Below are positions 57,565-64,000 of a stretch of DNA of 64,000 bases, one piece after another. Positions within the stretch are counted from its first letter, which is position 1, and the number at the start of each line of letters is the position of its first letter. Both the position numbers and the translations under genes were made by a program. The notes under the pieces are model-generated. The model was not told where the DNA came from and searched no databases. It worked only from the letters and a program-made list of their open reading frames with translations. The DNA is from Halolamina sp. GTDB lineage: Archaea; Halobacteriota; Halobacteria; Halobacteriales; Haloferacaceae. Location of the stretch: positions 415 through 64,414 of the forward strand of contig NZ_JAZKRY010000003.1 in the NCBI RefSeq assembly GCF_036626355.1, written 5' to 3'.

Positions 57565-58331
57565 TGGCCCTCGTCGAGCCGGTGCCGGGGGCACCGGCCG
57601 CGACCCTCGCTCTCGGCGACGAGCGCGCACTGGCTATCGCGGATTACCACGCCGGAATCGAGGTCGGCCTCCGGTACGAGCGCGGAGTGGAACTCGATTC
57701 CAACGCCGGCCAGCGCCGCGAGCGCGTGCTCTCGCTGCTCTCGCAAACCGATGCCGACCGGCTGGTCGTGCTTGGCGACTTGTTCCACCGCATCGCCGAG
57801 CCTGACGGTGCGGAGGCCGAGGAGGTACGGGAGCTTCTCGACGCGCTGGAGGCCGCGGACGTCCCGCTCACGCTCGCACGCGGGAACCACGACGGAGGCG
57901 TCGAAGAGGTGTTCCCCGACCGGTTCGACGTGCTTCCGTCCGACGGGATCCGAACCGGCGACGTTGGACTGGTGCACGGTCACACCTGGCCGAGCGAGGA
58001 GGCGCTCTCGGCGCCGACGCTCTGTATGGGGCACGAGCATCCGACCGTCCGACTCACCGACGATGTGGGCGGAAGTCGCGTCGAACGTGCGTGGCTCCGC
58101 GGGCCGCTCGCGCAGGAACCGTTCGCCGAGCATCTCGGCATCGAGGCGGTGGGAATGGCGTGGAGCGATCCGGAACTCGTGGTGTTCCCGGCGTTCAACC
58201 TGCGCTCGGGCGGGACGTGGGTGAACGTCGAAGGGCAGGCGTTTCTCGCGCCGTTCCTCCCTGTGGGGCTGGCGTCCGCAGAGGCGTATCTCACCGACGG
58301 GACGCGACTCGGCCCGTATCAGGACGTCTGA
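57564..58331 (+). CDS. rpe: Calcineurin-like phosphoesterase of the RPA operon
   Basis: ADYH, LGDLFH, GNHD, HGH, GHEHP; translationally coupled to rpap1. Confidence 0.85.
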   Translation: MALVEPVPGAPAATLALGDERALAIADYHAGIEVGLRYERGVELDSNAGQRRERVLSLLSQTDADRLVVLGDLFHRIAEPDGAEAEEVRELLDALEAADVPLTLARGNHDGGVEEVFPDRFDVLPSDGIRTGDVGLVHGHTWPSEEALSAPTLCMGHEHPTVRLTDDVGGSRVERAWLRGPLAQEPFAEHLGIEAVGMAWSDPELVVFPAFNLRSGGTWVNVEGQAFLAPFLPVGLASAEAYLTDGTRLGPYQDV

Positions 58332-58737
58332 TAGTGATTACTGCGAGTCTGTCCCGCCGTGACCATCCGTGTCGGTGATGGGAGCCCCTGAACCGGCGGC
58401 GTTCGACACCGTCGATGAACCTATTCGCCGTAATCACTATGAGGCGGCGGCTCACGTTTCGCGTTCGAACGCGTGACGTACGCGAGAGAGTGCCCGAACA
58501 GCTTCATATCCGGCGTGAACGACTCGATACTGGCGGTGTCGTCGATCTCTTGTCGCGGGACGTTCGCCTCGCCGAGACTGGGTTCGAGGACTGCGAGCTC
58601 CGGGGGCGTATCGGGGAGCCGGTTGAAAAAGGGCCGACGCTGCTTCCGGACTGCATGAGATGAGCCTGCACTCAGCGGGCGGAGACGTTTCCGGGCCAGG
58701 AGGGCTGGGGAGCGGCAGCAAAGACGGCAGGTCGCGC

Positions 58738-59001
58738 TCAGGCGATGACCACGAAGAACTGCATGGTCGCGAACACGCCGGCGAAGATGGCGAACGCCAC
58801 CGCGATGGTCGACGGGTTCTGTCGGGTCCCGGTGTAGGCGGCGTGGCTGACGAAACCGAGGATGATGATGCCGAACAGCAGGTCGAAGAGGTTGGCGTCG
58901 ATCGGGCCGCCGGTGAGGGCTGGAATCGCCCAGATGAGCAGCGAGACGAACCCCGACCAGCCGAAGCCGGCGAGGAAGATTTCACGTTCGGGTAGCTCCA
59001 T
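58738..59001 (-). CDS. Small hypothetical membrane protein (3 TM)
   Basis: 87 aa, mostly hydrophobic. Confidence 0.7.
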   Translation of the reverse strand: MELPEREIFLAGFGWSGFVSLLIWAIPALTGGPIDANLFDLLFGIIILGFVSHAAYTGTRQNPSTIAVAFAIFAGVFATMQFFVVIA

Positions 59002-59055
59002 ACCGTCACTGAGGGGGTCAGCATAGTTGAACGCTGGGAGTTCGAGCCGCGGCGC

Positions 59056-59319
59056 TCAGAGCAGCAGCGCGACAGTCGCGAGCGCTGCGGCGGCGACGGC
59101 GCCGACCCAGGGAGCACTCCGCTCCGTGGGGCCGCCGAGCGTCTCCGGGCGAAGGACGCCGACGGCGGCGACGAGGGTGAGCAGTCCGCTTCCGGCCAGC
59201 GCGGCCGCGTTACCGGGCCAGACCCCGACACGGAGGATGGCGAGCCCCCAGTTCAGCGACTGTGCGACCCCGAGCCAGCAGAGCGCGAGCCAGAACGTCT
59301 GGCGGGGTGTGAAGTCCAC
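59056..59319 (-). CDS. Small hypothetical membrane protein (3 TM)
   Basis: 87 aa, hydrophobic, GTG start. Confidence 0.7.
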   Translation of the reverse strand: MDFTPRQTFWLALCWLGVAQSLNWGLAILRVGVWPGNAAALAGSGLLTLVAAVGVLRPETLGGPTERSAPWVGAVAAAALATVALLL

Positions 59320-59409
59320 GTCCGACCTGCGGACGGGCCGGCGGAAAAGCTATCGAATGAGCCGCTGTCGGGAGTAATTCATTTCCCGAAGCTCTCCGAC
59401 GGTGTCAGT

Positions 59410-59976
59410 ATGGAGCTTCGCGACGCGATGCAAGCGGACGCCGAGGCGGTCGCGACGGTGGCCCGCGCGTCTTGGCACGAGGCCTACGACGAGCTGGTGG
59501 GCGTTGAGACGGTCGATTCGACGGTCGACCGGTGGTACGACCTCGAGTCGCTCCGCAAAACTATCGCGGATGCTACTGAGGTGGATTCGGAGGCGAGTGA
59601 CGAGCAGACGGTGTTCCTCGTCGCTGAGCGCGATGGGGAGGTGGTCGGGTTTACGAACGCCGGGCCCGCGCCTGACTCTGAGAGCGGCCCGGACGCCGAT
59701 GGGTTTCTCGCCCGGCTCTACGTTCATCCGGACTGCTGGGGCGCGGGTATCGGAACCGGTCTCGCCGGCCGGCTCGCCCGGCGGCTGCAGGACATGGGCT
59801 ACGAACGAATCTGGCTGGAGGTGTTCGCCGAGAACGATCCCGGGCGTGAGTTCTACGAGTCGCTCGGCTTCGAGCGAGTTGGCAGCGAGCGAGAGACGTT
59901 CGGCGGCACGGAACTGACAACCCTCCAACTCGCGATGGACGTTACGGCGCTCGTGGCGGCCACGGCTGCGGACTGA
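59410..59976 (+). CDS. GNAT family N-acetyltransferase
   Basis: RLYVHPDCWGAGIGT, VFAEN..GREFYESLGF. Confidence 0.92.
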   Translation: MELRDAMQADAEAVATVARASWHEAYDELVGVETVDSTVDRWYDLESLRKTIADATEVDSEASDEQTVFLVAERDGEVVGFTNAGPAPDSESGPDADGFLARLYVHPDCWGAGIGTGLAGRLARRLQDMGYERIWLEVFAENDPGREFYESLGFERVGSERETFGGTELTTLQLAMDVTALVAATAAD

Positions 59977-60026
59977 GCGGTTCCGACAGCCAAAGACTCA
60001 TATCCCTCCGTTGCCTTCGGCTGGTC

Positions 60027-60221
60027 ATGACTGGAGTCCTCCGCACGCCCGACCACCGCATTTGCGAACGATGCGACCGGGTCGAGCGGTACGACGAGGA
60101 CATCGGCGGCTGGCGGGCAACCGAGGTCAGCGACGTGAACTGCATTCACGAGTGGGATATCGACGGCAAGTTTATTCCGATACGGGAAGCGGCCCTGACA
60201 CCGACGGCTGAGGAGTGCTGA
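60027..60221 (+). CDS. HEWD family small zinc-binding protein
   Basis: CERCDR...CIHEWDIDG.F.P. Confidence 0.85.
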   Translation: MTGVLRTPDHRICERCDRVERYDEDIGGWRATEVSDVNCIHEWDIDGKFIPIREAALTPTAEEC

Positions 60222-60246
60222 GTCCGCCGCTTCGACCCGTTTTCCG

Positions 60247-60927
60247 CTACGCTGTCTCTCGCTCGCGTATCGCCTCGAGCGCCGTCAGCGTGCCGTCGAC
60301 GTACGACGCGTCCAGCACGTGAGTTGCTGCGGATTTCGCGGCGTCGACGGCGTTGGCCACGGCGTAGGACTCGTCGACGACCTCGAACATCGAAACATCG
60401 TTCGCGCTGTCGCCGATAGCGACGAACTCCTCGGGCGCGTAGTCGAGGGTGGTGGCCATCTCACGCAGCGCCAAGCCTTTGCTCACGCCCGGGCTCTTGA
60501 GGTGGTAGGCGTACTGCGTGTCGACGAACTCCAGGTCGAACTCCGTGGCGACTGCACGCAGTAGCGCCTCGTCGGCAGTTCGGCTCGTTGCAACCTCCGT
60601 CTCACGCCAGCGGTTGACCGTGTCCGTCTCACCCCAGCCGAGTTCACCGCCCCGGGCGCGGAACGCCTCGACGGCGGCGTCGACCGTTTCGGGGTCGCCG
60701 GTGTAGCGGAGTTCGTCCTCCGCGAGCGCGATGCCGCCGTTCTCGGCGATGACGCGCTCGGGGATGCCGACGAAGTGACAGAGCGCGACCGGGTAGGGGA
60801 ACGCCTTCCCGGTGGCGACGACGACCGGCGCGTCCCACGTCGGCAGCACCGCGAACACTCGCGGGTCGATGCTGTGCTCGGGTGTGGTCAGCGTGCCGTC
60901 GATATCGAGCGCGAGCGGCGGGACCAT
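60247..60927 (-). CDS. HAD hydrolase, phosphoglycolate phosphatase/SPP-like (subfamily IIB)
   Basis: LDIDGTL, ATGK, AENG, SKG, IGDSAND. Confidence 0.92.
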   Translation of the reverse strand: MVPPLALDIDGTLTTPEHSIDPRVFAVLPTWDAPVVVATGKAFPYPVALCHFVGIPERVIAENGGIALAEDELRYTGDPETVDAAVEAFRARGGELGWGETDTVNRWRETEVATSRTADEALLRAVATEFDLEFVDTQYAYHLKSPGVSKGLALREMATTLDYAPEEFVAIGDSANDVSMFEVVDESYAVANAVDAAKSAATHVLDASYVDGTLTALEAIRERETA

Positions 60928-60982
60928 TGGCTGGAGTGTCCGTGTGCGGGTCGGAAAACGTTCTCGAAACTGGCGTCCGGTC

Positions 60983-61184
60983 TCAGCGGTCTCGTGTCGA
61001 CTCTTCGGCGATGGTGTCGGACGTGGGCTCCGTTTCGGTAGCCAGACGCGATGATGAGGCCGGGCAGAACCCCGGCCAGGATGTTCTGGAGAACTAACAC
61101 CGAGTAGGCGAACGCCAGCAGCCACCCGATCGCCAGGCCGGCCGTGACGACCGGTGACGGCGAGGGTGGTGACCAGTCGAACAT
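60983..61184 (-). pseudogene. Small membrane protein gene, probably frameshifted by an internal deletion
   Basis: The hydrophobic N-part ends at ...LPGLIIA and continues as basic, non-halophilic sequence into the next gene. The +1 frame gives an acidic tail RLATETEPTSDTIAEESTRDR ending at a stop at 60983. Confidence 0.5.
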
Positions 61185-61269
61185 GCGATATGGTCAACTG
61201 CTCGCCACACAACTGTTGCTCCGCTCCTGAGGAACAACCCTTTTCGCCGTGGCCCCGGAACCTCGTACC

Positions 61270-61734
61270 ATGGTAGACGACGAAGCAAACGCTGACGAGG
61301 AAAGTGAGCCCGCCGAAGAGAGCACGGAAGCGGAAGGTAGCGAGGAGAAATCCTTCCGCGAGCGCGTCGAGGAAATCCGCGAGCGCCGCGAAGAGGAGCG
61401 CGAGGAGGGCGAGGCCCCCGGCGCTGGTCCGGACGGGATGGGCGGCGGCCCGCCGGGCATGGGCGGCGGCGAAGGCCCCGGTGGCGGCGGCAATCCGTTC
61501 GCACAGATGATGTCCGGCATGATGGGTGGCGGCGGCCCTGGTGGCCAGGGCGGGATGGGTGGCGGCCCGCCGGGGATGGGCGGCGGTCCCGGCGGCCAGG
61601 GCGCCGAAGGTCGCGGCGAATCCGGCGGCAGTCAGGTCAACGAGGATCTGGTTCGGGAGGTCCGGCAGCTCCGCGACGAAGTGCGTGACGCGACGCGGGA
61701 GCTCCGCCGCATCGCCGACTCGCTGGAAGACTGA
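61270..61734 (+). CDS. Gly/Pro/Met-rich low-complexity protein with charged helical ends
   Basis: SFRERVEEIRERR, GGGPPGMGGG repeats, NPFAQMMSGMMG, C-terminal coiled coil LVREVRQLRDEVRD. Confidence 0.85.
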   Translation: MVDDEANADEESEPAEESTEAEGSEEKSFRERVEEIRERREEEREEGEAPGAGPDGMGGGPPGMGGGEGPGGGGNPFAQMMSGMMGGGGPGGQGGMGGGPPGMGGGPGGQGAEGRGESGGSQVNEDLVREVRQLRDEVRDATRELRRIADSLED

Positions 61735-61839
61735 GGCAGTCTCGCTCCGACGTTTTTTCGTCGTTCACCCAGACAGCAACAGCGACGTGGCTCTGTGGTC
61801 GGTGAGACATCCTGTCACTCTGCTGGTGAGCCCGCTTCG

Positions 61840-61947
61840 TACTGCCGGACAGAACGATGCAACTATCGCTCGCCGTGGATCGGCCGTCACCTGGTGTGAT
61901 GGTTAGCGGCTGGTGAGCAACTCTGTATTGACTGCTGTCCGGCAGTA
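61840..61947. mobile_element. MITE copy 2 (inverted relative to copy 1)
   Basis: TACTGCCGGACAG...CTGTCCGGCAGTA; 102/108 identical to 53652-53759 by manual alignment. Confidence 0.85.
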
Positions 61948-63021
61948 TCAGTCGACGCCGGTTGCCGTGCGGTGGAACGGCTTGGCGGCGATGCGCTGGC
62001 GAAGCGAGGCGAGGGAGTCCCGGTCACGGCCGCTCATCGCGCTGACGACGGCGAACACCTCCTCTCGGGAGACTTTGACGCCGGCTGCCGTGAGCGCGTC
62101 TTCGGGGTGCTCCTGGAGTTCACGCAGCGTCCCCACAGCAAGGAGGAACGGGACCGCCCACGCCTCTAACGTGTTGCCGTCCCGCAGCGGAACGTGTTGG
62201 AGATAGGTCTGGGCGCCGTCGACGTAGCTCCGCGCCAGGGTGGTCGTCCGGCGGACGACCGAAGCGACCCCGTTCGTGTTCCCCGGGTCGAGCACGTTGT
62301 CCTGCTCGACGCCCTCCTCGGTGAGCCACTCGGCGGGGAGATAGACGTTGTCCTCGTGCTCCTTGTCGTCGTAGACGTCTTTCGAGACGTTCACCAACTG
62401 GAGCAGCAGGCCGAACTCCTCGGCGGTGTCGTAGAGCGTCCGTTCGCGGGCCGGGTCGACCTCCCCGCGGGTCACCAGATTGGTGATGAGGTTGCCGACG
62501 GTGCCGGCAGCGTAGTAGCAGTAGTCCTCCAGCTCCGAACGGTTCTGGAGGCGGAGTCCACCCTCGGCCGCGTACCGTTCGACGAACTCGCTCATGCCCG
62601 AGACCATCTCCCGGACGGGCGGCGTGATCGCCTCGCGCACGTCGGTCGGCAGCGCCTCGAACGTCCTCACGATTCGCGGTGCGCTCTCGACGACCTCCCA
62701 GTCGGCCTCGCGTTCGGCCTGTTCGGGGAGCCACCCCTTCACGTTCTCCTGGAACGTTTCGATATCGGCCTCGTCGGCCGGGTCGAGGGCGGCATTGTAC
62801 TGTCCCAGGAGCGCGGCCTGCTCCACAGGCGGGATGTGTGAGGCGTCCTCGACGGTGTCGGCGACGCGACAGAGTAGGTAGCCGAGGCAGATGTGGGAGG
62901 ACATCGGCTCATCCAGCAGGTCGACGGTCAGTGCGAAAGTGCGCGAGACGTCCTGGACGGCCTCGTGGCACCACGCGAGGTCCGTGTTGGGAACGTCCGG
63001 GCGAGGATCGGGTCCGGGCAT
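61948..63021 (-). CDS. Squalene/phytoene synthase family protein
   Basis: VSRTFAL, YLLCRVADTVED, YCYYAAGTVG, GLLLQLVNVSKDVYDD, YLP; closer to the squalene-synthase pattern. Confidence 0.9.
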   Translation of the reverse strand: MPGPDPRPDVPNTDLAWCHEAVQDVSRTFALTVDLLDEPMSSHICLGYLLCRVADTVEDASHIPPVEQAALLGQYNAALDPADEADIETFQENVKGWLPEQAEREADWEVVESAPRIVRTFEALPTDVREAITPPVREMVSGMSEFVERYAAEGGLRLQNRSELEDYCYYAAGTVGNLITNLVTRGEVDPARERTLYDTAEEFGLLLQLVNVSKDVYDDKEHEDNVYLPAEWLTEEGVEQDNVLDPGNTNGVASVVRRTTTLARSYVDGAQTYLQHVPLRDGNTLEAWAVPFLLAVGTLRELQEHPEDALTAAGVKVSREEVFAVVSAMSGRDRDSLASLRQRIAAKPFHRTATGVD

Positions 63022-63196
63022 TCGGTTTATGGGTCCATACGACGAGGGGAGTTAAAAGTCTCTCCAAAGCGGCCTCAGCCCCCGAGTTCGCCAGAAACCC
63101 GTCCTTTCTGGGAGGGCTAATTTCGTCGACGCAGCCATCCGGCGGCGCCATGGGAGGGTAGAAAACCCTAAGCGCGACGCGGAACTCGGTTGAACC

Positions 63197-64000
63197 ATGG
63201 ACTTCAGCCTCACGGCCGAGCAGCGACAGATTCGTGACACTGTCGCGGCGTTCGTCGACGACGAGGTCGTTCCCCGCGCCGCCGAAATCGACGAGACCGA
63301 CGAGTTCCCGGCCGACCTGGTCGCGGAGATGGCCGAGTTGGGTCTGCTGGGGATGCCGTTCCCCGAGGAGTACGGCGGTGCTGGCCTCGATTACCACTCT
63401 TACGCCATCGGTATCGAGGAGATCTCGCGGGGCTCGGGCGGGCTCGGAACCATCGTCGCGGCCCACACCTCACTGGCTGGCAACATGGTCTACGAGTTCG
63501 GTGACCAGGCCCAGAAAGAGGAGTATCTCACGCCGCTCGCAGAAGGGACGGATATCGGCGCGTTCGCACTCTCGGAGGCCGGCGCGGGCAGCGACGTGCC
63601 CGCGATGACCACGAAGGCGGAGAAACGCGAGGCGGGTACCGCCTCGGAACGGAGCGGCGGAGCCGCGGAGAAGGACGGCGACGAGTACGTCATCGACGGC
63701 GGGAAACTCTGGACCTCGAACGGCTCGGTCGCGGACACGGTCATCGTGTTCGCGAAAACCGACCCGGAGGCGGGCAACAAGGGGATCAGCTCCTTCGTGG
63801 TTCGCCCCGAGGAGGATGACGGCTTCATCGTCGAGGGCACGGAGCACAAGCTGGGAGACAAAGGCTGTCCAACTGCCGAGCTCCGCTTCGACGACCTGCG
63901 TCTCCCCGCAGCCCGCCGCCTCGGCGACGAGGGCGAAGGGTTCGTCCAGTCGCTGAAGACGCTCAACGGCGGCCGAATCTCCATCGCTGCAAGAGGTGTC
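63197..64000 (+). CDS. Acyl-CoA dehydrogenase, 3' end outside window
   Basis: MDFSLTAEQRQIR, PEEYGGAG, AFALSEAGAGSD, GGKLWTSNG, HKLG, TLNGGRISIAA. Confidence 0.95.
   Translation, partial: MDFSLTAEQRQIRDTVAAFVDDEVVPRAAEIDETDEFPADLVAEMAELGLLGMPFPEEYGGAGLDYHSYAIGIEEISRGSGGLGTIVAAHTSLAGNMVYEFGDQAQKEEYLTPLAEGTDIGAFALSEAGAGSDVPAMTTKAEKREAGTASERSGGAAEKDGDEYVIDGGKLWTSNGSVADTVIVFAKTDPEAGNKGISSFVVRPEEDDGFIVEGTEHKLGDKGCPTAELRFDDLRLPAARRLGDEGEGFVQSLKTLNGGRISIAARGV

Noticed and set aside
58421-58650. Minus-strand frame RRPFFNRLPDTPPELAVLEPSLGEANVPRQEIDDTASIESFTPDMKLFGHSLAYV with coding-like codons
   Set aside because: No credible start and no recognisable family; it may be a gene remnant but cannot be supported.

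Overview
GC-rich haloarchaeal (Halobacteria) chromosomal segment, judged from acidic proteins, Tat lipoproteins, leaderless promoters, an rpa1-rpap1-rpe operon and archaeal-type IleRS. It holds about 65 genes: two oligopeptide/dipeptide ABC operons (the first runs off the window's left edge), an orphan divergent permease pair, an S9 peptidase, a DyP-like/P19-like putative metal-uptake operon with its regulator, a CoxS-M-L molybdo-hydroxylase with a non-form-I motif, MinD, a degenerate KaiC/RAD55 protein, YlbF, ileS, a riboflavin-pathway reductase, IMPase, a squalene/phytoene synthase and a partial acyl-CoA dehydrogenase. The most striking feature is a tandem array of four ~460-aa paralogues at 39711-45680. 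Each has a cytoplasmic, apparently non-catalytic Mrr-like nuclease-fold domain, one TM helix and an outer domain with N-glycosylation sequons and a DxDxDG motif. Each also has its own conserved promoter motif exactly 37 nt before the ATG. Other features: two copies of a 108-bp TA-flanked MITE placed directly after stop codons, hairpin-containing in-frame insertions in housekeeping genes, a divergent HisG-like protein and several gene remnants. No rRNA, tRNA or CRISPR array was recognised. All family assignments come from motif recognition by eye, not database searches.
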